A stretch of DNA of 64,000 bases. It comes from Octopus sinensis. Lineage: Eukaryota. The notes under the pieces were generated by a model. The model saw only the letters and a program-made list of their open reading frames with translations. It was not told the DNA's origin and made no database searches. Below are positions 13,546-27,429 of the stretch, in pieces. Location: contig NC_043000.1 of assembly GCF_006345805.1 (NCBI RefSeq), forward strand, positions 101,680,001 to 101,744,000. Reading direction: 5' to 3'. Positions within the stretch are counted from its first letter, which is position 1. Every line of letters begins with the position of its first letter. A program made the translations under genes and the position numbers.

Positions 13546-14699
13546 ATCTTGCGGTTTAACACTAGGTCAACTTTGACTGAGCAGTCTTATGATCAAAAAC
13601 ACTCCAGTTATGATATGACAATCCTTTTATTTATTCAAACATAAGATATTATTTAGGACACTGTTATCCATTGTGGCCTTCCTTTACTATTATCTGTTCT
13701 GACCTTTCCAGTTGCACATGATTTGAAATTGATCTGAATGCCATTTCTAATTAATCAAGCAACCATGTTGACATTTCCTGTTTGGTTTGCATCTCTCATT
13801 GGCTGGTCTTAATTTTCTGTTTGCTGTTGTTTAGCCCTAGGTCAGTCCTGAACAAATAGTTTTATGATCAGAGATATTCCAGCCATGATGAACCTGTCTT
13901 TTATTTTAGGACTATGTAGGTCAACCATTTTTGAATATGTTCATCTTCAAATGGAATACTTTTATGCGATTTTAGGGAAAGTTGGATGCTATTTCTAGTC
14001 AGTCAAACAGCCTCATATAACTCAAATTAATTTTGTTATCATTGTTGTTATGGCAGTTTTGTTGTTAATATCAATATAAATTTCACAAATGCCACCAGAG
14101 TCGACATTGCCTTTCATTCTTTTGGTGGGTCAATAAAATAAGTACCAGTTATGCACTGGGATCAATGTAATTGATTTACCCCCGCTTCTGAACTTGTTGG
14201 CTTTGAACCAAAATTCGAAAGCAAAATCAATGTGAATTCCTGTGATCTGGTGTGGTCAGCATAGCATTTTTCATCTTTCCAGGATTAAAAAAATATATTA
14301 GCATATTAGTACAAGTGTTGATTTAATTGACTTTAATCTTCCGTTAAATGGCGTAAATTTGAACAAATGCTAGAAATCATTATAAACATAGATGGCAAAA
14401 ATGGCAAAATGCCAGGACAAAGGTCTTTTGGCAATCATTTTGATTTCTGTTGGGTCATCTTTGCCTGCCAGTCCATATAGGTAATAATGTGTGTGTGTGT
14501 GTGTGTGTATATGTACAAGAAGAGGTCAAGCTCTACAAGGATTAAATGGTCACCATATACATATACTACATTTATTATAGGACTGACTGTTCCATTGTAC
14601 ATCCACTACAGTAAATACATGACCTTGTTTCAATGTTACAAATCGATATTTGTATCAGTGCAGCCTTGGGAATGCTATTGTTGCTAATAGTTAGAAATT

Positions 14700-15245
14700 G
14701 TGAAGGCATGTGGCCTAACAGTTAGTGGTGTTTTACTCATGATCGGAAGATCGTGGTTTCAATTCTCGAATTCTGTGTGCTTTGTGTTCTTGAGTAAAAT
14801 GCTTCATTTCACACTGCTCCAGTCCACTCAGCTGTAAACGAATGACTTTGTTTGTTCCTTCTCAAGCCACGCCTTGCTCATAAGGGCCGGTTTCCCGGTG
14901 CGTATAGGTTCCCCACCTGGATGGGATGCTGGTCCATCACAGGTGAGCTGCAAGATGCAGGAGGAAAGAGTGAGAGAAAGTTGTGGCAAAAGAATCAGCG
15001 GAAGTTCGCCATCACCTTCTGCTGGAGCTGCGTGAAGCTTAGTTATTTTTCTCATAAACACACACATTGCCCGGTCTGAGATTTGAACCCGCAATTCCTC
15101 AACCACGAGTCCGCTGCTCTAACCACTAGGCCATGTGCCCGCACTAATGAATTACCTTGCAATGGACTGGTGTCTTGTCCAGTGGATATGTTAGGATTCC
15201 AATCATTTTTATGCCACAAAATCCAGGCAACCACAGAAATGTCCA
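14700..15245. mobile_element. Nested family D SINEs (plus-strand copy interrupted by minus-strand copy ~14848-15143)
   Basis: Outer copy head 14700-14845 resumes at ~15145 (gcaatggactggtgtc); inner copy is the reverse complement of the 42013-42305 type. Confidence 0.75.
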
Positions 15246-15711
15246 CAGAGTGATAATGAGTGATTTAAAAATTGTTTGGTGGGGAGTAGCTCCTTGTATA
15301 TTATGAACCAGTCACTTTCAACCATTAAAGATCCACAACACACTGAATAAGGTCCTGTGAATCAAATAATGACATACCATCAGCTTCTAAAAAATTTTTT
15401 TAAATTTTGGGTGAGTGGTTAAGAATGTAGGTTTGCAAACATGTGGCTTTGGGTTCAGTCCCACTGGGCATATAATCTTGGACAAGTTTCTTCTTCTATA
15501 CACCCAGACCAACCAATGCCTTGCAGGTGAATATGGTAGATGGAAACTTCTGGCATTCAAGTGTGCTGCACTACAGTGATTTGAAATATGTGCTTTCGAG
15601 CAGCCTGTTGGTCCAGCATATTGGATACATAAATATTAAGTCAGTCAAATGTAAATTGCAGTATTTAGCATTCTAGTCAAGAGCATCTAAACTTCTTTTA
15701 TTGCTATTGCT

Positions 15712-15810
15712 GGTCTCTTTTGCCAAACCGCTAAGTTACAGGGATGTAAACACACCAGCATCGGTTGTCAAGCGATGTTGGGGGACAAACACAAACACAC
15801 AAATATATAT

Positions 15811-15853
<43 letters not shown>

Positions 15854-16010
15854 ATATGATGGGCTTCTTTTAGTTTCCATCTACCAAATCCCCTCACAAG
15901 GCTTTGGTCAGCCTGAGGCTATTGTAGAAGACACTTGCCCAAGGTGCCATGCAGTGGGACTTAACCCAGAACCGTGTGGTTGGTAAGCAAGCTACTTACC
16001 ACACAGCCAC
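15712..16010 (-). mobile_element. SINE family B
   Basis: Reverse-complement match to 19762-20340. Confidence 0.85.
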
Positions 16011-19000
16011 GTTTTGCTATTTATTTTTTAAATGGTGGTGGTGGTGAATAATTTGAGGAGAGTTGGCTGCTAAATCTAACCTATGAAACAACCACATAGT
16101 GCAATGGTGGGAAACTTTTTAATGCCAGATGCAAGTTGCATGTGCATAAGAACTTGTTAGCTTAAACTGCACTTAGAACAATAATGAATCTATTGGTGTT
16201 GTTGATAATTCTGTTGCTGTTCTTTGAAGTTTGTTTCTATAAGACATAACTGATTGACCTTTCATTGGATGGAAATATTTACTACAACTGAAGAAATGTC
16301 AGTGATTTGGATATCAATCAATTAGTTCTCTGTACTTAAAACTGACATATGGCACTATGTCTTCTGGGTTCATGCAGAATGAATTTGCAATTCTTCTCAA
16401 GTTCCAAAAGTGTTCAACTTTATTTTTGTCCATTTCTGAAATGTCTTTCATGGTATAATGGACCAATTATATCAGCTTTTAAACTCTTAATTAAATTCTT
16501 TCCAATTTATTTGTATTTTCTTTGAGAATTTTCTCTAATTAGAAATTGCATGGCCTCATGTAGAGAATTGGGGTATATGACACTTTAACATCTTCATTAT
16601 TGTTTCAGTTGCAATTCATTTTTTGTTTCAATTAATTTTTAAAACAAGGAAAACATGAGTAAAATAATTTTGTTATTATTAAAGTGGTGTTTAGAATTTT
16701 GAGAGATTTTAATTTAGGTCGCTTTAAACCAAGAAGGGCAGTCTCGGGTAGGCTGATATCAATAGGGTTAAAACCACTGTAAGTAATTATTGTTTTGACC
16801 AGGTGGGCACTGATCAAGTAGACTTATAACCAAAGGTATTTCAGATTGGACCATCCCAAAAGAATACAGGACTAGCCTATCCAACCAATCATTCCCTTGT
16901 TAAGATATTATGATGTAATTTGAGGTCGAGTTGATTGCTTACTCTAGTAAGGTGAGTGACTTTGAAGAAGTACTGAGTAAAATGAATGAAATAACTGCTT
17001 CTAATTAGATGTCTACATATTTTAATCATAATCAACAAAATATTTAATTTTATCAGAAACTGATATCAAACCAAGTGAGCCAAGACTCAACATTTGTAGA
17101 TTTTGACTTGAAAGTAACCTGGGAAGCTGTAGCCAGTTTCACTCAAATAGACTAAAGCCTCTGATTCCAATGTTCAGGAGTAGTCTCTCTCTATCTTTCT
17201 GCTGACTGTTTCAAGTTAGGTTTGCAGTAACAGCTTCTTTAACAATAATTTCATTTACATTTAGGATGCATTACAGAAATACAGATCATCCCCAGTACTT
17301 GACTGGTCTGTAGGATTGATCTGTAGGTGTGAAGTGTTCACCATGCACACTCAGAGCATGCATGTACAGAACAGGATTCCTTTAAAAATTTCTTTAAAAA
17401 CTTTCCACCTGCAAGGTACTGGTCAACCTGAGACTATAATATAAAACATTTTCTCAGGGTACTATGCAGTGGGATTGATCCTGGAACCATGTGGTTGTGA
17501 AGTGAACTTCATTACCACACAACCTTGCCAGAGCCCCTGTATAAAATTGAAATTTGGAGACTGAGAGCCATCATCTGGCTGCTAAAATTTTACTCTCTCC
17601 TTCATTCACTTGGAAAATCTGTGAGCAAAGTTTTCAAATTTACGGCATGATGACATGTTCAATGAATTGCATAAATTGTGACTTTCCTTGTTCCATGATC
17701 TGCTTTGATGCACAAATCTTTTCAAGTACTTTGTTGAAAGAATGAGAATGCCATTGCTATTCACAGTAACATTCAATGAATGCTCTGTTGCAAGGTTTTG
17801 GTTAAGCTCGTAAATCCCTTCCAGTGTATAATTAAGAAATATTTATCTCCTCAAAGAAAACAAAAACGAAAATTACAAAAACTCTTCCCAAACTAGTCGA
17901 TGATAAATAGCTTTACCCACTCATGTTCCTTTAACACTTAATTGAATTTTACTTATGTATCATGTGTGAAGAAACATGGCTATTTGAGCTTAACAAAGCT
18001 TGAAAGTAATTTGATACAAAAATTAAGAGTTTCCTATCGCTTTTTGTTTTTCTCCTTTTTCTTTCTTCTTTTTTTGATATTTTCTTGATATATTGATTCT
18101 TATTCACTGCATTTTACTGCTTTAAACTAATAAGATAACTATCAGCGTGCTAAACTGTCAGTGAGAAGAGATTAAGTCATTAAATTCCATGCCAAGACTA
18201 CAATCTGTATATTCTGACACATTTATAGATTTCCAACATTTTGATGGGATGTTTTATGTCTTAATTAAACATGAACATTTCAATATAAGTAACTTAGAGC
18301 TGTCTCTCATTTAATGAATGGGTGATAAAAAGTTTGAAATTTATGGTCATAATAGTTTGTAAATCTGCACAGTTCATTGTCTGATGTGACCGAGAAAGAC
18401 CTTAGAAGGTATCTATTCTGACCTTGCGGTCGTTCATTGTTATTGGAATTCAACAGCAAGTAGGAAATTGCATTTGTAATTATTGTAACATGAAGTCAAT
18501 AACATAATTGAAATGCATCTTCTCTGCTTCTTGGAGACAATTATCAATTGAACTGTCAGAGAGCCCTATGTGATGCTCGAAGTATGCAAATATGAGTCAA
18601 ACATTAGAAAACTTAAATGACAGCATGTAAATGATTAACATCATCCTTTTCACATCTGCTTACATCCATGTTGACATGATTTATCTGAGTCTGCTATAAA
18701 GCAGCCTTTCACATGTTTAAACCCATAATGCACACTGCACCAGCACACATGTGCACACACATACACACACACAAACACATCCACACATACTATGATGGCT
18801 CTTCTGATGCATCTGCTTGTGTGTTTCCAACTACACTATGTTGTATAAGACTTCGGTTGCTTGCTCTATGGCTTGATGCTTTTCCTGTTGGCGACTGCTA
18901 ATAATACTCAGCCTATGTAAATAAATAACCTTAATTAAAATGTTGTGCATTGTCAGGGTTGTTGGAGCAGCAGACAAAATACCAAGCAGAATTTCTTTCA

Positions 19001-19614
19001 GCTCTTTATGTTCTGAGTTCAAATCCTGTTGAGGTCACCTTTGCTTTCCATTATTTTCTAGCTCAATAAAATTAAGAACTTCTCAAGTAGCAGAGGTTAA
19101 TGATAGCATTTAACCCCATCCCCTCAAAATTATTGACTGCATGTCTAAATTAGAAATAATTATGAGCTGTTGAGAAAACCTTTACATGGCTGCTCAATCT
19201 GCTAGGAATAACAACTAAATCTCCTCCAAACCACATACTACTGCCTTGCAAAAAGGGTAGCATACATCAGATAATGCATATTTAGATATCATTGCTAAAA
19301 AGAGAGGATGTCTTGGCCATAAGGCTTTTGACCATAGGTTTGCTTGATCTGGTTTGATCTTGGACCAAACTAAAACATGTCTTACTATAGTCATTCTAGA
19401 TTTAGTATTACTACAATTTCAATTTTATTTATTAATCTAAATAAGAAGGAAGCACTGACATAATCTTTCTTAATCCTTCTAAACTAAGAGAGATAATTGA
19501 ATGAAGATGCTATTGTTGTTGCTCTTGTTGCTGCTACTACTACTCCTATTTCTGCTGTTGTTGTTGTTGTTGTTTAGCCATCTCAGATCAACTCTGCTCC
19601 AACAACCTATGACC

Positions 19615-19737
19615 AAAGTCCCAAGGGTTTAATCAGCCTCGGGTTATAGTTGAATGCCCTTACTCAAGGTGATATACAGTGGAACTGAACCTGAAACTAC
19701 CTGGTTGGGGGCAAACTTCTCAACCATTCAGCCATAC
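19615..19737 (-). mobile_element. SINE family B head, decayed
   Basis: Reverse complement of family B 5' region; head-to-head with the next copy. Confidence 0.7.
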
Positions 19738-19761
19738 TTATATATATATACATATATACAT

Positions 19762-19923
19762 AGGCGCAGGAGTGGCTGTGTGTTAAGTAGCTTGCTTACC
19801 AACGACATGGTTCCAGGTTCAGTCCCACTGTGTGGCACCTTGGGCAAGTGTCTTCTACTATAGCCTCAGGGTGACCAAAGCCTTGTGAGTGGATTTGGTA
19901 GACGGAAACTGAAAGAAGCCGGT

Positions 19924-19995
<72 letters not shown>

Positions 19996-20340
19996 CAGTG
20001 TGTGGTTATTATAGTAGTTGTGACTTTAAGATTCCCTCCTAGCATGAGGCATTTATGTATAGTAATGTCCTTAATATAAATAAAATAAAATTTAAAAAAT
20101 ATACATATATATATGCATGTGTGTGTATATGTTTATGTGTGTGTGTGTGTCCCAGCATTGCTTGATAACCAAAGCTGGTGTATTTACATCCCCGTAACTT
20201 AGCGGTTCGGCAAAAGAGACTGATAGAATAAGTACTAGGCTTACAGCAAATAAGTCCTGGGGTTGATTTGCTCGACTAAAGGTGATGCTCTAGCATGGCC
20301 ACAGTCAAAATGACTGAAACAAGTAAAAGAGTAAAAGAGA
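19762..20340 (+). mobile_element. SINE family B, full length (tRNA-like head, internal TA/TG microsatellite, gtaaaaga tail)
   Basis: gtggctgtgtg.taag A-box-like, ggttcagtccc B-box-like, ccttgggcaagtgtctt core, tail (gtaaaaga)2; more than 10 copies or fragments in window. Confidence 0.88.
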
Positions 20341-20368
20341 GAGTACACATAGTGACACATCATATTCC

Positions 20369-20450
20369 AGGCTCTGATGAAGCTATAAGGTGTTACTCAA
20401 GCATTCAACTATGAGTCAACTGCATCTAGTAGCAGAAACAGCTGTAATTT
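20369..20450 (+). ncRNA. Decayed minimal type-I hammerhead ribozyme motif
   Basis: CTGATGA (20374-20380)-a-GCTA...TAGC-a-GAAA-C-AGCT-G-TA (to 20446); stem I poorly paired. Confidence 0.55.
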
Positions 20451-20700
20451 TATGAAGTTCATAAGATAATTTGTTTATTCCTTTGTCCTCTCATTTTCTT
20501 ATTACCACTCTGTACTCGACTAACACTTCATTCTGAAGTATATATGTATTGAGTTCTACACCAGGTTATTAGTCTCACAATGTATAAGTGAAATATAGAT
20601 ATATATCTACTTGTCAAAGTTGCCGTGGGTTCAAACCGAAACCATGTGGTTGTGAAGCAAACTTCCCAACCACACAGCCATGCTTGCACTCCTATATATG

Positions 20701-20914
20701 CAGGGTGGCCCAAAAGTAGGTTTACAGTTATCCCGTAGGCACTTTGAATTTCTGTTAAAACATTTTATTACATTTTAAAATTTCTATCTTAAATTAACTA
20801 ACTTAGCATAGAATAATGGTTTCATAGTTTTTTTATAATCAAGATCTAAACTGCTAATATATGAATGCAAAAGAGACAGTTGAATAACTGTAAACCTACT
20901 TTTGGGCCACCCTG
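20701..20914. mobile_element. Tc1/mariner-type MITE
   Basis: Perfect 31-bp TIRs cagggtggcccaaaagtaggtttacagttat (20701-20731 / 20884-20914); right flank TA, left flank TG. Confidence 0.9.
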
Positions 20915-21236
20915 TATATAAAATATCAAATATTATTATTAAGGTTGAAAATGGAGAGATTTATTGGATATGAACTAATTTATTAATTAATTATCCTTAT
21001 TGCTTATAATTGTTTCATTTCACACCCAATTTAAATTACAAAACTTATATAAATATATGCTTGCATTTCAAAATAGCTTGGGGTAAAAATCTTCAGGTCA
21101 TGAAACAGGACAATACAGAGATTACATTTTGATTGGTTGAAAAACTCCAATAGCCTAAGAATATATAAGCATGTTTATCATGTGTGTATATGAGTGTGCA
21201 TGCATGCATTAAAATTATTATTTTTAATTTTAATTC

Positions 21237-21287
<51 letters not shown>

Positions 21288-21779
21288 CATGAATATTGAG
21301 TTACATTATATAAGAGTAAAAATATATAATGAATGAAATGAAATAAAAGTGAATTAAAATTTATGCTCATATTTGTATACATGCATGCGTATGTGTATAT
21401 GTATATATATATATGTGCAACAAGTATGGATGTCGATTGTTTCAGCACCAATGTGTGCGTGTGTGTGTGTGTGTGTGTGCATATATGTTTCCTTCCTAAG
21501 TTACTTATTAGCATATGTAAATTAAAGTATATTGGAGTAAAAATAAAAAAATGAAAAATAGAAATAAAAATTTAAAATAAATAATAAAATTAAATAAATA
21601 AAGCAGATTGAATAAAAGTGAAATAAATTCAAGTGTGTATATGTGTGTGTGAACATATATGTGTATATGTATATATACATATTAAACAGGTATGGATGTC
21701 TTTGTTTATGTGTTATCGTGTGTGTGTGTGTGTATGTTTTCTTCCTAAGTTATTTTATTATTTCGTAAGTATGTATGTG

Positions 21780-22005
21780 TCCATTGTCCATGCTTGTATG
21801 GGTTGGACAGTTTGACCAGGGCTGGTAAGCTGGGAGGCTGCACTAGACTCCAGTCTGATTTGGCATGGTTTACTACTGCTGGATGCCCTTCCTAATGCCA
21901 ACCACTCCAAGAGTGCTATGGGTGCTTTTATATGCCACTGGCATGGGTGTCATTTGCATGACACCAGTATCTGTCATGACTGCGATTTTACTTGGTTTGA
22001 TAGGT
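21780..22005 (-). mobile_element. Retroposon family C
   Basis: Reverse complement of family C core. Confidence 0.75.
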
Positions 22006-22071
22006 CACGATGTTCTGGTGTTCTGATGAACTAGCTTTCTTTATAATTCTTTGTATAATTCTTTGTACTGA

Positions 22072-22242
22072 AGGCACAAAGCCATGAAATTTTGAGGGAG
22101 GGGACTAGTCAATTACATCGACCCCAGTGTTTCACTGGTACTTAATTTATCGATGGATGGAAGGCAAAGTTGACCTCAGTGGAATTTGAACTCATAACAA
22201 AGCAACGGGTGAAATACCGCTAAGCATTTCACCCAGTGTGCT
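22072..22242 (-). mobile_element. SINE family A
   Basis: Reverse complement of family A core and B box. Confidence 0.75.
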
Positions 22243-22407
22243 TGTATTGTATAATGTAGAGCATGCATCTTAGTACAGACATGTAAACATAATTTATTAT
22301 ACACTGAAATTATTATTACATGAAGAAAGAGGTGAAATGGCTGAAATCTTGAGTAGTCAAATAAATATAATCACCTGTCATACCACCTGATTTCTTATGG
22401 TTTACAT

Positions 22408-22594
22408 CAGTGCTCTGCAGCTGGTATGCCATGGTACACTGGTTTGCCATGAGATGATGCTAGGTGTGCCACAGTGTAACCTGAATATAATTTTTTTTGC
22501 TATACTTTTAGTTCTTGTTTCAGTTCAGATATGCTGTCAAATTTTGTAAAGAATATAAGTGTATTGCAAGTGAACAAAAGGTCTTGGAACACTG
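22408..22594. mobile_element. hAT (Charlie-like) MITE, decayed
   Basis: CAGTG...CACTG termini, subterminal tgcc(a/g) repeats, 8-bp TSD gtttacat (22400-22407) / gtttatat (22595-22602). Confidence 0.7.
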
Positions 22595-22781
22595 GTTTAT
22601 ATTGTCCTCATGAAACAATTTCATCAAGTGGATCTCCTGACTGGATCAGCTTCATGGACACTCTGCATTATACACCTTTGTATTGGATTGCTATGTGATC
22701 TGTTAGCTGAGACCATTAGAAGAGCTTTCTGTGATAACCACATGATTCTATGAATTTATATTTATTACACTACAAATAGAT

Positions 22782-22839
<58 letters not shown>

Positions 22840-22842
22840 AAT

Positions 22843-22885
<43 letters not shown>

Positions 22886-23804
22886 TGTACATTGGTATAC
22901 TTTCTATATGAATATATGTATATGCATGTGTATGTATGTATTATGTCCATGAGGTTGTGAAGAAACGTGAACTAAAAATATCAATAAATCTTTTTTGTCT
23001 TTTGTACTCTGTGAAACTGGAAACTTTTCCTCTTTTTTTTGTCTTTTATTGCTATTTTTATTGAAGTGTTGCAGAATATGATGGGCGAGGGAAGGGGGAT
23101 TATAATTTTTTTTTTTTTTTTGTTATTTTACATATCAATAAATTTTTTATTTATTTATTTGATTGTCAATCTAATTTTCTTCTCACCATGGAAACCATAA
23201 TGACAATAATAACAGCAACATGAATCTCTTCATGAACTATAGAACGACTATATTGAAATTGCACCCGGAGAAATCTGTTTCCAACACAGAACTTGCTGCA
23301 ACATGCTTTGATGTATTTAGGTAATATTCAATGAACAAAGCACTACTTAACTGGTCATTATATGCTGAAATACAGAAACATGAAATATATCAACTAGACA
23401 ATATTCATACATCAATAGCAAATATATAGCAACTAGACAATGCTTGTAAGATCAATAGTGAGTTTCATGTTTTGTTTGTACATTTAGTCACAGTTAGTTG
23501 GGGTAGCACACAGCCCAAGGCTTTTTTAAGTTGTAACTACAAATGCCAGATTTAGAAAGCTGTGTAAGATATGTATATGGTTAAGAACAAGTAATTGAGA
23601 CTGAAACATTAGAGAAATAATTCAAGATACATTGTTTTGGGGTGTTTTTGTTTTTGTTTTTTTTTTTGTTGTAAGTGGCAAATTTGTAAGTACAAATTTG
23701 TCACTTGCTAATTGTGGTTTAAGAGTTAGAGATAGATGACGGCAAAGTGTGCATGGCATTGTGGATAATGTTCTAACATGTGTGTGTGTGAGCATATAAA
23801 TAGA

Positions 23805-23975
23805 CACTGGCATGATTGTGTGATTAAGAAGTCAACATCTTAACCATGTGGTTATGGGTTCATTCTCATTACAAGGCACCTGGAGTGAACGTCTTCTGCT
23901 ATAGTTTTGGACCAAACAAAGCCTTGCGAATGGATGTGGTAGATGGAAACTAACAGAAGTCCATAGTACATATAG
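23805..23975 (+). mobile_element. SINE family B 5' half
   Basis: Similarity to 19762-19925. Confidence 0.7.
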
Positions 23976-24399
23976 GACTCTGTGTGTGTGTGTGTGTGTG
24001 TATCTGTGTGTGTGTGTGCGTGTGTGTGTGTGACTGTGTGTGCGCGCATGTGTGTGTGTGTGTGTGTGTGTTTAGGTAGTTCTCAGTGTATTTGTATAGT
24101 TGTATTTCTTTGTCTCAACATGGTATAATAGTTGTAATCAAGCATCAGATCATACCAATGGTGTTTCTTGTTTCCAGTCTTCCATGAAAACATGTCTGGT
24201 CATAGGAAAATATTAGCTGGTTTGAAAATAGGTTGGGGTTGACAACAGGAAGAGCATCTAATCCAGTTGTAGAAAATCTGCCTCTCTACCTGACCCATAC
24301 AAGCATGGAAGAGTGTATGTTAAAATGATGATGATACATACACTTGTATGTAAGTGCTACCTCTATTGTGTGAAACTAAAGAAGTGTGTGTAATTCTTT

Positions 24400-24768
24400 T
24401 ATAATTTTACTTCTTTCAGTCATTTGACTGTGGCCATGCTAGAAAACTGCCTTAAAGGGTTTTAGTCAAACAAATTGACCCCAGGCCTTATTTTTTTTAA
24501 AGACTTGTAATTATTCTGTCAGTTTCTTTTGCTGAACTGCTAAGTTATTGTGATGGAGGGACAAACACAAAGACAGACAGACACACACACACACACATAC
24601 ACACACAACAGGCTTCTTTCAGTTTCCATCTACCAAATCCACTCACAAGGCTTTAGTTGGCCTGTGGCTCTGGTTGAAGATACTTGCCCAGGGTGCCATG
24701 CAGTGAGACTGAACCCAGAACCATGTGGTTGGGAAGCAAGCTTCTTACCACACAGCCATACCTGTGCC
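24400..24768 (-). mobile_element. SINE family B
   Basis: Reverse-complement match to the full copy. Confidence 0.85.
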
Positions 24769-25181
24769 TATCTATGTATTTTATATAACGTCTATTACAT
24801 TTTTTAGGCAAATTACTATATGACCAAAACCAGAAAATAAAAAGTTTTATTAGCAAATTGGTACTGAATTCTAGACAAAATAAAAACTATTTTTATGAAT
24901 ATTGTATCAGTTGGTCTTCTGTTTGTTACATCAGACTGAACTTGAGTGACATTTTGAATTTCCTGATACATTTTACTTAGTACAAAGTCAGTACTCAGTT
25001 TGACACTTATACATGAACTTGACAAATTAATGTTCAATTCCTATGGTTTGTTGTATGGTAGCTAAACTGCATGGGATTTTTGTTTATTCATCAAGATGTC
25101 ATCCAATGCCAACAGAGGTTTCTTGCACATAGAGATTGCAGTCTAACATGAAATTGTTTTAATACTTGGTAATCATGATCT

Positions 25182-25486
25182 GTGAAGGTGCGTGGCTTAG
25201 TGGTTCAGGTAATCAGCTCACAATTGAAAGGTCATGAGTTCGATTCCTGGTGATGCATTGTATCCTTGAGCAAGACGCTTTATTTCACATTGCTCCAGTC
25301 CACTCAGCTGGTAAAAATGATTTGTACCTGTAATTCAAATGGCCAGCTTTGTCACATTCTCTGTCACACTGAATCTCTGTATGTGTGTCTGTGGAGTGCT
25401 CAACCACTTGCACATTAATTTCACAAGCAGGCTGTTCTGTTGATCAGATAAACTGGAACCCTTGTCATTGTAACTGATAGAGTGCC
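25182..25486 (+). mobile_element. tRNA-derived SINE, family D-related head with a different tail
   Basis: gtggcttagtggtt / gagttcgattcc boxes; 11-bp TSD aatc(a/t)tgatct at 25171-25181 / 25487-25497. Confidence 0.8.
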
Positions 25487-25711
25487 AATCTTGATCTCCA
25501 ACTTAACTGTCATATTTCCTTTGAGAAAATCTCTTATAAGGACTTGGATCTCCATGTTAATTTGGAGATCAAGATTATATTTTGGTAATAATTCTCCTTC
25601 TGTTGCTCTTAATTATTTTTTTAATACTCCCATGGACTATTTCTGATACTAATGCCTGAATAGATACTGAGCTTCTATATATCATTGATGGAACATTCAG
25701 CTGTTATTGCG

Positions 25712-25778
25712 CTACTGGACATCTGTCACTGAGGAACTCATGGCAGGGTGAAATCATGAGATCTAGCAGTTCTGGTGG
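25712..25778 (+). ncRNA. Candidate type-I hammerhead ribozyme
   Basis: CTGAGGA 25729-25735; stem II actc/gggt; GAAA 25750-25753; stem III atc/gat; cleavage triplet ATC ending 25763; long imperfect stem I ctactgga-cat-ctgtca / tagcag-t-tctggtgg. Confidence 0.55.
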
Positions 25779-27429
25779 CTGTAGCAAACGATTCAGTCAA
25801 CGATATAATTACATGTACTTATATTCCTCAAGAGTCATTATTAGAGATTCTCTCAAAATAAATAATACAGTATTCTGTAGTGAAGGTGCATAGCTCAGTG
25901 GTTAGAGTGTTAGGCTCACAACTATGAGGTAGTGAGTTCAATTTTTGGACCTTTACTCTGTATTGTGACACAACCTCCGCATTAAGTTAGAACTCAAGAT
26001 TGCCATTTTAGTAACAATACTACTTCTGTTGCTGCCAATTAACAACTTTTAAAACAGTTTCAAACACTGTTAAAGCAATTTTTGGACTGCAGCCATGTTG
26101 GGGGACAGTCTTGAAGGGTTTTAGTCAAACAGATCAATCCTAGTACTTATTTTTAGGTCTGGTACTTAGTTTAGTCAAGTTAAGCAGTGGAGTGGGGAAG
26201 CGTGACAACCACACACTCAAAGACACACTTACACACACACAAAGACACACAGACACACACAGCCACACACATACATGACAAATTCAATGTCTCTTGTACT
26301 TAAGTTAGTGTTGTTGTTTTTGCCCCCAAGTTAGCTTCAACTGAGTAGATCTATGATTAAAAGTAGCCCAAACTTGAACATCCTGTCTTTTATTCAGGCA
26401 CAGTGTATATAAGACTACATTATTTAATGCTCCTATTTCTAGCAGGTCCGATAGTCACACAGAGATATCCTCTTGGGTTAGAGAGATTAAAGTACACAAT
26501 TAAGATATAATGGGTTATCTATTATATAAAATCCATTCTATCTGTCTGTGTGTGTATCTTCTAGGATCTCAGGCATCCTCCATCTGATTGCACTCAAATT
26601 TGATATGTAGATATCGACTGTATCAGGGCGTGTATAAGTCTTGAAAATATTACAAAAATCGATTCCAGATGAGAATGCGATTGATAAAGCCGTGGAAATG
26701 TACATTTGTACGCACAAGTACATCAGCTGTTGTGACGTACTTACTGGTACTTTAAACTCTTCGGTTGCATATTTATGTGAATAAAATCGTTTTTCTTCGG
26801 AATAGAAAAAAATTCTATCTTTATTTCTTCTTTTGCTGGTGTCTCAAATTTAGGTTAAATCAGTGTTTCTCAAAGGGGAGACATATGGGATGGTCGTACA
26901 AGTTGTTTTGAGAAAATTTGGTTTAAATATTTGACAATTCAGCATCAGGGGGGCGTTTTGCTCGTTTACCTATATTTTGTTAATGTTTGGTGCTGAAAGT
27001 TTTGATGTATAGAGAGATTCTGTGCATGCAGTTCTAAATAGTTTGAAATCAGAATCCTGTCATGGTCTTATAAAAATTGGGTGACTTATATATAATAAAT
27101 CACCATGTAATTTTGGGATTTGGGACCAGTGGCACTTGATTCCATTCATTCGGCCGTGGTTTGATCCACTACTGTATGAAAGCCTGAGCACTGCCAGTGT
27201 ATCTGTGCAGGTGGTAGGCCTACCTGACCATGTTGACCAAGTGTTGTGTCAGAAACTCAATCAAGGACACAACATGCTACTTGGTCCAGGAATCAAAGTT
27301 GTGTGTGTGTGTGTGTGTGAGTGAGTGATCATGAGCACAACACTTTTAACAACTAACCCACATGCCTCACGTGCCTTCATAAATGTGCAACATCAAGGTA
27401 CCTAGTTATATACCAACACTGTAACCAAA

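Noticed and set aside
21330-21765. Diverged ~260-bp tandem duplication (also ~120 bp at 1490-1690 and ~38 bp at 23385-23460)
   Set aside because: Real but old and ordinary slippage-type duplications with no sign of function.
26537-26790. Helitron-like 5' segment
   Set aside because: Resemblance only (TC start, tctg/tg microsatellite, caaattt word); no matching 3' end, so too weak to call.
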